Shown here piece by piece: positions 49,130 through 63,115 of a stretch of 64,000 nt of DNA (within the stretch, counting starts at the first letter, position 1; every line of letters begins with the position of its first letter). The notes below the pieces were generated by a model. It searched no databases and was not told where the DNA came from. It was given only the letters and a program-made list of their open reading frames with translations. Origin of the DNA: Octopus vulgaris (lineage: Eukaryota); the NCBI GenBank assembly GCA_951406725.2, contig OX597814.1:6324001-6388000 (forward strand), given 5' to 3'. The translations under genes were made by a program, and so were the position numbers.

Positions 49130-50065
49130 CAAAAAGTAACCGAAAACCTGAAACAGAAGCCTTTATATGTTCAGTGTGGGAAGAAAGCATTGAGAAGAGA
49201 CTACATCATCATCATCATTGCTTAACGTCCGCCTTCCATGCTAGCATGGGTTGGACGGTTCGACCGGGGTCTGGGAAGTCAGGAGGCTGCACCAGGCTCC
49301 AGTCTGATCTGGCAGTGTTTCTACGGCTGGATGCCCTTCCTAACGCCAACCACTCCATGAGTGTAGTGGATGCTTTTTACGTGCCAGGGGAGGCTGGCAA
49401 TGGCCACGATTGGTTGGTGCTTTTTATGTGCCACCGGCACAGGCAGAGAACTGACCAATCAGCAGAATCTGACAGAGGCAGAATTTGTGGTGAAAATGGA
49501 AAAGACTGCATGGCATCTTTTAAGTGAATGCAGTAAAATGAGTCAGGAAGATAAGAGAAGAGATGTGAATGTCAGCAGAATGCTTTAAAGAGAATTATGC
49601 AACAAGTTGGGATTGGAAAAGAGAAGAGAATGGTAAAAGATGGACCAAAGCGTGTGGTAGAAAATAACAGAGCAAGAATAATTTGGAACTTTATGATGCA
49701 TTGTGACGATGGAATTGAATTTCAGAAACTTGATTTGGATTGGTTTGGACAAGGAAGAAAAATCTTGCCTGACCATAGGATCATAGACATTACTTGCCGT
49801 AACAACAGTAGACTTGCTGAAAAAGAAGGAAAACTGACGTGATACGAATCTGAAGACAGAAATCGAAAACTTGTGGTCAATGAAAAAGGTGCATATTGTA
49901 TCACTAATTGATGGTGTTCTAGGGAGAGTGAGTAAAAAAAAATTTTTTTTTAAATGGTTGGAAATGAGAAAAATGAAAATGAAAATGGAGCACATCCAGA
50001 AAACAGCATTACTTGGGAGTAGAAGGAGTTTCTACCAGGTTGTTGATACTCAAAAAGACAAGTGA
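49130..50065 (+). mobile_element. Heavily decayed R4/Dong-like fragment interrupted by an RTE 3' copy (49204-49442, minus)
   Basis: RICGE..HLLSECSKM (zinc-knuckle remnant), VVENNRARIIWNF, IIDI, LWSMKKVHIV..G.LG, HIQKTALLGS. Confidence 0.7.
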
Positions 50066-50988
50066 ACGACTGGTACAGTAATGACACCTTCAATAACAAG
50101 CTTAACCACACAGCCATGCCTGTACTTACACTTCCCAATAAATTATATATGCATATGTGTGGAGAGAGAGAGAGAGAACTTAAGAAAAAAACAAGGGTGT
50201 AATACAAAATCGAATTTTCTTCTTTAATCAATACTCTTTCACTGGTCGAGTGGGTCAAATATCTCATAATCTCCAAAGCCGATTCCATTACTTGATGGTT
50301 GTTTAGTCCAGGATATCTGGCATTTAGTGGAACTTTCAATAAATGATTTGCAGCAATTCCTGTCTTCTAATTTTTACCTGGCACATTAGCTCCAAGACTA
50401 GATCCTTTACTGTGCAAAGTGTGATTGAAGGGAGGTTTGGCTGCTATTTCTAGTAAGTCAAGCAACAATGTAAAAGACTGTTTTATCGGGTCAGTACCTA
50501 GCTCCTTTGATATTTGTTTTGATTAGATCTGTTCCGTTAACACCACAATTTTGAGTGTGAATAACTCAAACATTATGAATCTTTGCCTCATGAAAATGAT
50601 TTGGTGTTGCACCCTGGCAAATTGGCTCTCTACAAAACTGGTGTCAATGTGGACACACAGACATATTTAAATCCAAACAACAAACGATTCACTGTACCAC
50701 TTGTAAGAAAGTGCACTGACACATTTCAAATGAAAGACTTATTTTTCTCTTTATAGCTTCTATGTATGACCACAGCCACAGCAGTGGCAAGTTTTCAGAA
50801 TTTATATTTCACGCATAAGACTTACATAAATATCAACCATTACAATTGGAGATTAAATTAGGATTTATAGCAAAGAAAAATGAAAAAGTTTATTCTCAAG
50901 TTTAGCTGCTAAAATACTTTGAAAACAATAAAACTGTGTTGGGTTGCAGAAAAAGGCAAGGGGGATTTTATGATTATTTTATTATCAT

Positions 50989-51396
50989 AGGCTCAGGAGT
51001 GGCCATGTGGTAAGTAGCTTGCTTACCAACCACATGGTCATGGGTTCAGTCCCACTGTGTGGCACCTTGAGCAAGTGTCTTCTACTATAGCCTTGGGCCG
51101 ACCAAAGCCTTGTAAGTGGATTTGGTAGATGGAAACTGGAAGAAGCCTGTCGTAGATGTATATATATATATGTGTGTTTGTGTGTGTGTATGTTTGTCCT
51201 CCCCCTCCCCAACATTGCTTGACAACCAATGGCGGTGTGTTTATTTCCCCATAACTTAGCAGTTCGGCAAAAAAGACCGATAGAATAAGTACTGGGCTTA
51301 TAAAGAATAAGCTCTGGGATCGATTTTCTCGACTAAAGGCGGTGCTCCAGCATGGCCACAGTCAATTGACTGAAACAAGTAAAAGAATAAAAGAAT
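50989..51396 (+). mobile_element. tRNA-SINE family A
   Basis: Full-length match to 28340-28778. Confidence 0.9.
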
Positions 51397-52129
51397 CCCC
51401 AACATATTATACCTGTTTTCCATGCTGGCATGGGTTGGACAGTTTGACAAGAGTTGGCAAGACCAGGAGCTGTACCAGGCTCAATTTGTCTGAACTGGTA
51501 CGGTATGTATGGCTGGATGCCCTTCCTAATGGCAACCACCGGCTGCTTTTTATATGGCACTGTCACTGATAGGATAACCAACTGCCTTGCAAGGCAAAAA
51601 CTGAAGAAGTGTCAGAACCCTTTCAACGGCAAGGTTGGGGAGTAGTTTCGAGTGGTGGTGGCCAGTTGAGAGATTGGAGATATCAAGGGAGAAAGAAGGG
51701 TGTCTAGTAAACCCTGACAACGTGGCACCAGGATCAGGCACCAAACAGCAAGGGACAAACATTACGAGTCTAATGACATTAGTTCTTTGAGGAGAAATAT
51801 TTCCATGTCACTGAAGGTCACGGAAATGGATTGTTTTGTGATACGTTGGAGTTTATATGGGGTCAAACTGCGCAGTAGGGGCCCATAAAGGCATCTGTAT
51901 TGTTGTTTTGCCTTTTGTCTCCTATTTAAACATCAGCTTGAAAACAAAAATAACGCAATACAATAAACTGCTTGTTGGTTTTAATCACGAACAATAAGGA
52001 CAATAACAACAGCATGACAAAGGACAGAGATATCTGTTGTTGTACTCAAGAAGACCCATCCTCCACAGCAGAAGTGTTAATGTGCTGCCCCCCCCCACCC
52101 CCCACAGACGAAGAGAATTGGCCTACAAG

Positions 52130-52378
52130 TGCCCTGTGCCGGTGCCACATGAAAAGCATTTGGGTTGGCACCGCATAAAGGTGTTTGTGCTGATGCCATG
52201 TTAAAAGCATCCAGTCCACACTGTAAAGCAGTTGGAGTTAGGAAGGGCATCCAGCCGTAGAAAACCATGCCAAACCAGACTGGAGCCTAGTGCAGCTCTC
52301 CTACCATGCCAGCCCCAGTCAAGCTGTCCAACCCATGCCAGCATGGAAAATGGACATTAAATGATGATGATGATGATA
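52130..52378 (+). mobile_element. RTE 3'-end copy (older subfamily)
   Basis: gttaggaagggcatccagccgtagaaaacc...catgccagcatgg...(GAT)n. Confidence 0.8.
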
Positions 52379-52582
52379 ATGAATAGACTTTGAAATGGGG
52401 ATAAGTAAATAAACAAAGACTGAATGAACAGCACCTCTACAGGTAGATTATAAAGGATAATATAAAGAGGATGTTAAATGACATTGTTAACATTTGTGAG
52501 TATTTCTATCAATGCAACAAAGACTGTACCCGCACCTGCAGTGTAAGGTAATGTCCAAAATAGTGTGGATGTGAGTAATATA

Positions 52583-52984
52583 TTTCTTTATTGCCCACAA
52601 GGGGCTAAACAAGGACAGACAAACGGATTAAGTTGATTACATTGACCCCAGTGCGTAACTGGTACTTAATTTATCGACCCCGAAAGGATGAAAGGCAAAG
52701 TCGACCTTGGCGGAATTTGAACTCAGAATGTAACAGCAGACGAAATACCTATTTCTTTATTACCCACAAGGGGCTAAACACAGAGGGAACAAACAAGGAC
52801 AGACATAGGTATTAAATAGATTACATGGACCCCAGTGCGTAACTGATACTTAATTTATTGACCCCGAAAGGATGAAAGGCAAAGTCAACCTTGGCGGAAT
52901 TTGAACTCAGAACGTAACAGCAGACAAAATACCGCTAGGCATTTTGCCCGGCGTGCTAACGGTTCTGCCAGCTCGCCGCCTTCT
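52583..52984 (-). mobile_element. Family B SINE with an internal tandem duplication (~1.7-mer) and a 14-bp TSD
   Basis: TSD atgtgagtaatata at 52569-52582 and 52985-52998. Confidence 0.9.
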
Positions 52985-53404
52985 ATGTGAGTAATATACT
53001 GTGCAAACATTGATGCTAAGGACAGAGTATAAATTCTCTGAGAGACTCATAAAATATGAAATCATGAAAGTCATCAACCAACTCAGTTAATCAAATTATT
53101 TCAGCATTGTTTTCTAAAAAAAACTTTTACAGGAAAAAAAGAAAGAAGGAAAGAGATTTAAATGTTCAGCAGACTATAGAGATTGATCAAGAAGACATAG
53201 ATTACAGACAGTGATGTTTATTTAACAAATTACAGTATTAAACCATCTTTACTGGAATATTGTGAACAGAATAATTTATATGCGGAACACACTGCAACTA
53301 ATGATTCTTAAATTTATAAAACTTTGAAACGCAATGACAAACGGTCAAGGATAAAAAGGAGGAGAATGCTCTTCAAACTATTCACTCAATTTAAAATTTA
53401 TTTC

Positions 53405-54085
53405 AAATGAAAATCAAATGGAAATCGCAGGTAAGATACCCGTGCCGGTGAGACGTTAAAAGCACCGTCCGGATGTGGCAGATGCCAGCACCGCCTGACT
53501 GGTATCCATGTCAGTGATACGTAAAAGCACCAACTGATCGTGGCCGTTTGCCAGCCTCCCCTGGCCCCTGTGCCGGTGGCACGTAAAAAGCACCCACTAC
53601 ACTCTCGGACGGTTGGCGTTAGGAAGGGCTGTAGAAACACTGCCAGATCAGACTGGAGCTTGGTGCAGCCTCCTGGCTTCCCAGACACCGGTCGAATCGG
53701 CCAACCCATGCTAGCATGGAAAACGAACGTTAAACGACGACGACGATGATGATGATGATGTGCTGGTGGCATGTAAAAAGCACCATCCGAATGTGGCCAA
53801 TGCCAGTGCCCCATGACTGGCCCCTGTGCCGGTGGCATGTAAAAAGCACCATCCGAATGTGGTCGATGCCAGATCCGCCTGACTGGCTCCCATGCTGGTG
53901 GCATGTAAAAAGCACCCATTACTTTCTTGGAGTGGTTGGCACTAGGGAGGGCATCCAGCTGTGGAAACTTGTCACATAAGATTGGAGCCTGGTGCAGCCA
54001 CTGGCTCTCCATACCTCAGTCAACCCGTCCAACCCATGCCAGCATGGAAAATGGACGTTAACCAATTATAATGATGATGATGATT
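53405..54085 (+). mobile_element. Two tandem RTE 3'-end copies
   Basis: Tails at about 53760 and 54085. Confidence 0.9.
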
Positions 54086-55595
54086 TATTTATTTATTATT
54101 TGTAAAACAAAACATTTAAATGAGTTAATCAACGCTGAGCTTTCTTAGTTGCCATGAGTTTAGATAAGAATTGAACTTGTGAAGCTTCCAACATTGCCAT
54201 AGCGGACGTGGCACAAACTGACACAAATTTCAATAAATATTGTTCACCATATTAAAGTGCAGTCATGCCTAAGTTTAACTGGGTTGTTTGTCAGTGCAGT
54301 AAATAGTGGCTCTTTCACTTTGTGTGGCATGGTCTGCTTGTTGTTATTTGTGTAAGTCCTGTTGTGGCAAAATGGGGAAATGGGCCAAACCCTATTGATT
54401 AATAGAGAAGGTTAGAAGTTGTAATATGTGTGTGCTGTAAAAATACAAATTATATGTCTCTCTCTCGATGACACAATGTTAACATATCAAGATCAGGATA
54501 ACACTTACATAATTTGTTATTTGTGCAGAATAAAAGAGTTTAACAATGTAATTCAGAAATAGAAATAATAACTTTGTAAGTTTGGCAGACATAACAGTGT
54601 AAGAGATCATTGATAATGTGAGCTAATAAGATGGTAGAAGTATGACAGGTAATATTTCATATCAGCTGAATTCACACTAATTTTAACAGTGAACAGACAA
54701 CACACAGATGTCTTTTGCTTTAATGAGTATGAAATGTTAGGAGAGAAATTAAGGTATTCGTGATGGACTAATTTAGAAAAATTAGAATGGTAATTATGAA
54801 GAAAAATCAATAATTCTACTAGACCTGTCAATATTGGAATTATTGATGTAGTGACCACCTTTCTCTATTTTTATGACTTATCATTGCTGTTATACAGCTT
54901 ACAATAATAAAAGCAATTTTTTCATTCAATTTTTTTGTTTGTTACTTTTTTAATTCTTCTCTACGATAGAAAGAACATTCGAAAGAAGTGAAAAATGAGC
55001 AGAAAATAAGCATTAATAATAAAATGAAACAAAGCATCAAGAAGATGGAGAAAAATGTTTCAAAAATGTTGCTCTCGTTTGCCTGAAGCTCCAGGATTTT
55101 ATTCAATAGTTTCAAGATTTAAGAAAACACTCTTTTATAGTTTTCCTTCGTTATAAATTTAATTAATACATTAATAATTAAATATATAATTGAGGCAAAA
55201 GCAAGAGATCTTTCGTTTCAAGATAAAAATCTAATACGAAACCTTTCAGGTGTTATTGCTCTCTTGTGTTCAGGAGAAAACTTTTAATGGCATCTTCTAT
55301 AAACGTGCCATTGCATATTTTCACCATTGTAAACATGTAAACAACATATTGAAAAATACAAACATTGAAAATAATTGCAAGATTCTAATCAATACCGTAA
55401 AGAAATTATCAAAATAACATTTGTACAGCTTTGACACGCTACAAGCATAAGAACTGATAAATAAACAATTATCTTTGTTCTTTCAGATCTTTTCATACAC
55501 TCAGCTGACAATTAAGACTTAGTGATAAACAGTGTAGAAAGCTAATTCCAAGTCAAATGCTGCTGCAATGATCTATACATGCATGCATATATATA

Positions 55596-56157
55596 TCATC
55601 ATCATCATCATCATCGTTTAACGTCCATTCTCCATGCTATCATGGGTTGGATGGTTCAACCGGGGGTCTGGGAAGCCAGAAGGCTGCACCAGGCTCCAGT
55701 CTTATCTGGCAATGTTTCTACAGCTGGATGCCTTTCCTAACACCAACCACTCCGTGAGTGTAGTGGGTGCTTTTTACGTGCCACCCGCACAGGTGCCAGG
55801 CGAGGCTGGCAACAGCCACAATCGGATTGATGCATTTTACGTGCCACTGGCATCGAAGCCAGTCGAGGCGGCACTGGCTTTGGCCACGATTTGGATGGTG
55901 CTTTTTACGTGCCACCCGCACAGGTGCCAGGCGAGGCTGGCAACGGCCACAATCGGATTGATGCATTTTACGTGCCACTGGCATGGAAGCCAGTCGAGGC
56001 GGCACTGGCTTCGGCCATGATTTTTACGTGCCACCGGCATATATATACACGCACACGCATATACATACATATATCATCGTTTAATTTTCGCTTTCTATGC
56101 TGGCATGGGTTGGACAGTTTGAATGAGAACTGGCGAGCGAGAAGGCTGCACCAGCAT
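55596..56157 (-). mobile_element. RTE 3'-end copy with a duplicated ~122-bp unit, plus a second tail
   Basis: cgtgccacccgcacaggtgccaggcgaggctggcaac...ggcactggctt occurs twice. Confidence 0.9.
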
Positions 56158-56159
56158 TG

Positions 56160-57818
56160 ACCTCATGTTATTTTTGTTAGCCCAAATGTAAAAGGTTCAC
56201 TGACTGCAAGACCACAAGAGGATTAGTGAAGCACTCAATAAACAGTTCCAGAATGTTCTCACTTCCCCACCAGAAACCATGAAAACAAGCAGACCTGATG
56301 AGTTCTTCAACACCTACAAGAGAAAAAGTTGACCATCAATTACATTGACCTTACATAAGAGGATGTATTGTCAGCTGTTAATGAGATAAACCTAAACTCT
56401 GCAACAGGCCCAGATGCACTCCCTGCAATTCTGTTAAAAGCATGCAAGAAAGCTCTTGCAAAACCACTGCAAATACCTTTCCAGAGTTCCCTTGAATGCG
56501 GTACATTTCCTCAAACGTTAAAAGAAAGAATAATCTGCCCTGTCCATAAAGGAGGAAGCAGAGCAGATGCTATAAACTACAAACCTATCTCTCTGACCTC
56601 ACATGCCAGCAAGATCATGGAACGCATTTCCTGGAGGAAAATGACTTGCTTACAGACACACAACATGGTTTTCGTCCTGGATGGAGCTGCCTAACACACC
56701 TACTACAGCACTTCGACTGGGTATTAAAACAACAGCTCAACCATTCAAATGTGGATGTGACATATCTTGACTTTGTCAAGGTGTTTGACAAAGTCAATAA
56801 TGGGATTATATGTCAAAAACTGCATGACCTCAGTATCGCTGGTAGACTGGGAGAGTGGCTCCGTGATTTCCTAAAGGGCAGAAGTCAGGCCATCACAGCA
56901 AATAGTGCTCTCTCTGAAGTGACACCAATCCTCAGTGGAGTCCCCCAGGGAACAGTGCTGGCTCTGCTACTGCTGTGGTTACTCTTTCAGACATACCCTC
57001 AGCCATAGAGTCAGCCACTCTCACCAGCTACGCCGATGATACAAAAAGTATCCCAGGCGGTCAAGGATCCTACTGACATCCTAAGACTGCAGAATGACCT
57101 GAATGCAATATATAATTGGGCCGATGAGGATAGTATGCAGTTCAATGGAGGAAAATTTCAAGCACTCCACAATCAGCTCACAAATAAGCTACAGCTGAAG
57201 TACATGGGACCAGTAGGTAATGTAATCTCAGAGTTAGAGTCAGTGCATGACCTGGGAATCCACACAAGAAATTGACGCAACTTTCCATGTGCACATTGCT
57301 CAGATGGCAACACTATGCAGGAAGGTGGCAGGTTGGATCCGTAGATCCTTCAGCACCAGGAACAGATATACAATGCTTCTGCTTTGGAGAACCTTTGTCC
57401 TCAGTGGACCCCTAGAAGCGATCCAACACCACTTCACAAAGAAGACAGACTCAGTAAAACACATGGGCTACTGGAAGAGATTGAGGGAACTGGGACTCTA
57501 CTCCCTGGAGAGGGGACATGAGAGGTATACAGTGCTATACATATGGGAAATAAGGAAGGGTCTGGCTCTAAATTTCAGAACTGAAATCTACAACAATCCC
57601 TGAATTAGATGGCACATCTTCTACATTGAGGATACAAACCCAATATTGTAATAGTTTGGGATTCAAGGGACCACAACTTTTTAATGCCCTACCACGGAAC
57701 ATCAGGGATCTGCAATATGTAGACATGGAAGTCTTCAAAAAACGTCTAGACAGCTTTTTATTTGCAATACCAGATGAACCCATATCGCAGCAGGGGGTAC
57801 AAAGAAGAGCGGCAACTA
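56160..57818 (+). mobile_element. 5'-truncated, decayed CR1-clade LINE (RT pseudogene)
   Basis: SATGPD, NYKPISLTS, QHGFRPG.SC, YLDF.K.FDKV, SGVPQGTVL, YADDTK, FKGPQLFNALP..FKKRLDSFL; several frameshifts. Confidence 0.92.
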
Positions 57819-58399
57819 GACAGACAGACAGATAGATAGATAGATAGATAGATATGTGTGTAGATGTAGTAAACAGTTAAAATAATTTCTATTGACAGAC
57901 AGCATGACTCGGCAGCAATGATTTTTGTCAAACTCTAAATAATAATTTTGAAGCAAGAAATTGGTAAATTTGTTAGGATATTAGGTAGCGGTTTGTGATA
58001 TTTGTTTTGACTGTCTGCATTTTGAGTTCCACCAAGATCAACATCATTTCATCCTTCTGCTTCCAATAAAAATGTACCAAACCAAGGTGGTGATTTGGTA
58101 GGACTGGTGTAGCAGCCAGCTAGGTGCCTTGTCGTACCTCTTCTCAAAACCTGAAAACACAGTGATGCCAAGCTGTACTGGTTTTAAAGCAGCGGCCTTT
58201 CTCTTGGATAACATCATTTGTGTAGAGGGAGAGATTTGCTTTTATAATGAGCTGCCAGCTTTGTTTAAATGAAAAACATTATGCAGCCTGATGCATAAAA
58301 GTGCAGACGCATGGTGAACCCTGACCAATGGGGGAGGGGCCTTAAAAGCAATCAATAAATTCTAGATCATGGAATACTTTGAGTTTTGAAATGATTATG

Positions 58400-58790
58400 A
58401 ATCCTGTGCTGGTGTCACACATAAAGCATTTGTGTTGGTGCCATGTAAAAGTGCTAATGCTGTTGTCATGTTAAAAACACCGAATACACACTCTAAAGTG
58501 GTTGGCATTAAGAAAGGTACCCAGCCATAAAAACCAATCCCAATCAGATTGGAGCCTGGTGTAGTTCTACAGCTTGCCAGCCCTGGTCAAACCATCTGAC
58601 TTATGCCAGCATAGAAATCAGAAATTAAAGAATAATGATGAGGAGGAGTTCTGTAAAGTGGTTGGTGTTAGGAGGGGGGGGGGGGGCAGTGCCAAAGAAG
58701 ACAGTGCAGCTTGGCCCTCTGGCTTACCAACACCTGTCAAACTGTTCAACCCATGCCAGCATGGAAGATGGACGTTGAATGATGACAATG
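58400..58790 (+). mobile_element. Two degenerate RTE 3'-end copies
   Basis: aagtggttggcattaagaaagg... and aacccatgccagcatggaagatggacgttg. Confidence 0.65.
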
Positions 58791-59661
58791 AGTTTTCATC
58801 TCCAATATCACTGATTACTCAGAGTTTCAATACCAAAATAAACAGAAATTATCCTGTTGTTGTCGCTGTTGTCGTCATCCTTGATCCAGCAAACCTAGGA
58901 TGAAAAGAGCACCAACAATTAATCAGCCACAGTTTGCCTTATTTAAGGTGTCCTTCCTTTTTGAGGTAGTAGGGTGTTGCTTGGGTGAATGTTTAGCTGT
59001 TTCTTGTAGGTTGATGAAGCCTCATTGAAACGTTTCCATTATAAAATCATCCAACAGAATTTATTCCAATCACCACATCCCCTCTGCTATGATGTAAACC
59101 TAGGTTCTTTTACTCTCTTTCCAAACCTAATGATCTAAAGATCTATGTTAATCAGACAGACAAATCATATAACCACTTACATTCATTATTCAGTAAATTC
59201 TAATTGAAATCAATTTATCTAATTGTCCCTTGCAATGTCTTTAATACTTAATCCATTATTTAAAACAAGGGATAAAATAAACATTAGACATGAAACATTG
59301 AAAGCTAAGTTGGAATTCACACGCCATTTCTAAGTGGATCTGAAAATTAATTTACTAGTATCTAACCACATATCTAGTCAATATACTGAATAAATTAGAA
59401 TTTCTTGGGGCACATATACTATTGTCCACACCCAAGAGAAGAAGTACAGAAAGATCTAATATCAATATTAAACTTTTTTGTTTTGTGATAACGAAGCCAT
59501 AAAAACAAATTACTGAGTTTTTATCACCAAATTTGTAATGCCATTAATTATTAATAAGAAAAATAAGTTATTTAACAAAGTGTAGTAAGTGGTACCAATA
59601 TAGTAATTAATAATACGAAATATAGGACACATTGCCATCATCATCAATATATATATATATA

Positions 59662-59866
59662 TACTCTTTTACTCTTTTACTTGTTTCAGTCATTTGACTG
59701 CGGCCATGCTGGAGCACCGCCTTTAGTCGAGCAAATCGACCCCGGGACTTATTCTTTGTAAGCCCAGGACTTATTCTATCGGACTCTTTTGCCGAACTGC
59801 TAAGTGACGGGGACGTAAACGCACCAGCATTGGTTGTCAAGCAATGCTAGGGGGACACACACAGAC

Positions 59867-59897
<31 letters not shown>

Positions 59898-60061
59898 CGA
59901 CAGGCTTCTTTCAGTTTCCGTCTACCAAATCCACTCACAAGGCATTGGTCGGCTCGGGGCTATAGCAGAAGACACTTGCCCAAGATGCCACGCAGTGGGA
60001 CTGAACCCGGAACCACGTGGTTGGTTAGCAAGCTACTTACCACACAGCCACTCCCGCGCCT
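59662..60061 (-). mobile_element. tRNA-SINE family A
   Basis: Full-length reverse match. Confidence 0.92.
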
Positions 60062-60208
60062 ATATATATAAGTTCAGCAAAATTTTAAATTGAGATGAAT
60101 ATGGTACTTAAGTTAAAGTCACCAGAATTTGGTATGGTATTATCCATATAAATCAAAATGGGGTGATTATAATCAAAATAAGCAACAAGGATATCCTTGT
60201 TGCTTATT

Positions 60209-60253
<45 letters not shown>

Positions 60254-60580
60254 ATAAATATCTGAGCAAGGTATAAACAGTAGCTGCATGACATTGTGAA
60301 GTATATTTGCCACCTAAATGTGGCTAACACTTAAGGGTTGATGCTACTGTAGCTTGTAGCCCCAGGAAGACATCTCCTCCAGCTGGCTATTGACACACTT
60401 TCTGTGCCTTATCAGTATTTGCAAAGGGAAGTCATAGAATTGAGGCCTAAACGTAAACACTGTAAAAGTGTTTGTTGTGTAGACTTACCCTGAAGCAGTC
60501 AAATGAAGTTGTAGGACTCCACTGAATGAAAGGAGACAAAAGAAGAATCTGGTTTTCTCATCAGTAACGTTTTCTAACAG

Positions 60581-60835
60581 TTCATTATTCAACAATGTTA
60601 AAGAAATGTCTATCAAACAAATTACATTCACAGACCAGCCTCCTCCTCCTCTTCAACATAGACAAACGCAAACAAAGAAAGAGAAACCATTCACAAAAAG
60701 GAGTTGCACTACTATCACTAGTTTTATGAATGAACAAACAACAGAACCAAAAGAAACAACAGAACCCAAACCAAACAAAAACACAGCTGCAGACGATGTT
60801 GTAAAAAGACTGACAAGTTCAAAAGCTGTTAATTG
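60581..60835 (+). CDS. Candidate coding exon (unknown protein, Pro/Thr/Lys-rich linker)
   Basis: tttctaacag| 255 nt open (SLFNNVKEMSIKQITFTDQPPPPLQ...KAVN) |gtgaac; no recognisable homology. Confidence 0.3.
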
Positions 60836-60879
60836 GTGAACAGTAATTAGAATGAAGTTTATATAAATAAGGATGGAGT

Positions 60880-61107
60880 TTAACTCTTTTGTTACTAACC
60901 CGGCTGAAACCGGCTCTGGGTCTGAGTACAAATGTCTTGTTTTCATAAGTTTTGAATGAAAATCTTCCACCAAACCTTAGTCACAATTTATGTTCCTAAC
61001 ACCAGCTGAATGATAACAAAGTTATTTTACTAAATTCTTTGTTATATTTAAAGTAATTGAAAGAAACACAGAGCATCTCAAAATAAATACAGTAACGAAA
61101 GGGTTAA
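60880..61107. mobile_element. piggyBac-type MITE
   Basis: TTAA at both ends; same family as 37938. Confidence 0.88.
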
Positions 61108-61282
61108 GAGTTGACAATAATAAGGAACTGGCAATTATTTTGAAGACAAAAAGTTTAGAATTTGCTAAAAGCAAATGAAACTATTAGGAAAGTAGATGGG
61201 TAACTTTTCAACAATACTTTTCTTTCCCTGGGTAAATACCAAGAAATATATGGCAGGCATACAATAATGACAAGGCAGTTAG

Positions 61283-61691
61283 TACTCTTTTACTCTTTTA
61301 CTTGTTTCAGTCATTTGACTGCGGCCATGCTGGAGCACCGCCTTTAGTCGAGCAAATCGACCCCGGGACTTATTCTTTTTAAGCCCTGTACTTATTCTAT
61401 CGGTCTCTTTTGCCGAACCGCTAAGTGACGGGGACGTAAACACACCAGCATCGGTTGTCAAGCAATGCTAGGGGGACAAACAGACACACAAACACACACA
61501 CATACATATATATATATATACATACATATATACGACGGGCTTCTTTCAGTTTCTGTCTACCAAATCCACTCACAAGGCTTTGGTCGGCCCGAGGCTATAG
61601 CAGAAGACACTTGCCCAAGACGTCACGCAGTGGGACTGAACCCGGAACCATGTGATTGGTAAGCGAGCTACTTACCACACAGCCACTCCTA
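61283..61691 (-). mobile_element. tRNA-SINE family A
   Basis: Full-length reverse match. Confidence 0.92.
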
Positions 61692-61799
61692 ATTTTTATC
61701 AAATTTCTTGCTGTTTATAGAGAATACGGAAATGAAAACGAATTTTTGACAGAAAAATGTTCATTACTTTAAAATTAAAGGAAACAAATTTCTCATTTG

Positions 61800-62056
61800 T
61801 ATATTTTATGCTCTCTCTTTATCCCTTTCTTTTACACTATCTCCCTCCCTCTCTATTACGCTCTCACTCTCTCTTTTATGCTCTCTCACTCCTCTTTTTT
61901 ACGCTCTCTCGCTTTCTCTCTCTCTCTCTCCCTCTCTTTACGGTCTCACTTCCTTTCTTTTACGCTCTCTCTCCTTCCTCTCTTTTATGCTCTTTCTCCG
62001 TCCCTCTCTTTTGTGCCTTCTCTCCCTTCCCTCTCTCTCTCTCTCTCTCTCTCTCT

Positions 62057-62089
<33 letters not shown>

Positions 62090-62100
62090 TATATATATAT
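61800..62100. repeat. CT-rich low-complexity tract + (TA)n
   Basis: Directly visible. Confidence 0.9.
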
Positions 62101-62256
62101 GATTTAAAGAGTGACTTGAAAAGCCAACCAACCAAGATTTATACTGAAGGTTACAAAATAAAAATAGAAATAGATCTTGCTGAAGATAAGAATTCTCTGC
62201 AGAAAGGAATGGAAGAAATAAACAGGAGGAATGCCAACCTGAGCTGTGAGTTAGGA

Positions 62257-62582
62257 TCATCATCATCATCATCATTTAGCGTCCGCCTTCCATGCTAGCA
62301 CGGGTTGGACGGTTCAACTGGGGTCTGTGAAGCCAGAAGGCTGCACCAGGCCCCAGTCTGATCTGGCAGTGTTTCTACAGCTGGATGCCCTTCCTAACGC
62401 CAACCACTCCGTGAGTGTAGTGGGTGCTTTTTACATGCCACCAGCACAGGTGCCAGACGGGGCTGGCAAACGGCCACGGATGGATGGTGCTTTTTACATG
62501 CCACCGGCACGGAGGCCAGTCGGGGCAGTGCTGGCAACGGACACGGTCGGGTGGTGCTTTTTACATGCCACCGGCACGGGGA
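62257..62582 (-). mobile_element. RTE 3'-end copy
   Basis: Canonical tail plus sub-repeats. Confidence 0.9.
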
Positions 62583-62777
62583 CCAGGCGTAGTGTAGGGT
62601 GAAATGTCATGAAACGACCAAAGCTAGAAAAAAGAATCATTATTACAGACAATCCTTTGAAGGGAGTCTTAGTCTTGCAAGCTGCATGGTGACCTAACTA
62701 ACAAAGTGGTTGGTATTAGGAAGGGCATCCAGCTGTAGAAACCATGCCAGAGCAGAGAGTGAAACCTGGTGCAAGCC

Positions 62778-62960
62778 TCATCATCATCATCACTGTTCGA
62801 CCGTGGTCGAGACAATGGAATTTACTATGTTACGCCAGACTTCACTGTCCATCATAGCATTACGGAGGTCCTGTTGCTGGATGCCTGCATCCCTGGAGAC
62901 CACATCAGGGTAGGAGAGCGTGCACTCTCCGGCATCGCGAGCAGACAGCCCCCAGAGGAG
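62778..62960 (-). mobile_element. RTEX-like LINE 3' end
   Basis: LLWGLSARDAGECTLSYPDVVSRDAGIQQQDLRNAMMDSEVWRNIVNSIVSTTVEQ* + (TGA)n. Confidence 0.75.
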
Positions 62961-63115
62961 TGGTTGGCGTTAGGAAGGATATCCTGCATGAGAAACACTG
63001 CCAAATCAGACTGGGCCTGGTGCAGCCTTCTGGCTTCCCAGACCCCAGTTGAACTGTCCAACCCATGCTAGCATGGAAAGCGGACGCTAAACAATGATGA
63101 TGATGATGATGATGA
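62957..63115 (+). mobile_element. RTE 3'-end copy fused head-to-head with the RTEX fragment
   Basis: ggagtggttggcgttaggaagg...catgctagcatggaaagcggacgctaaac(AAT)(GAT)n. Confidence 0.88.
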
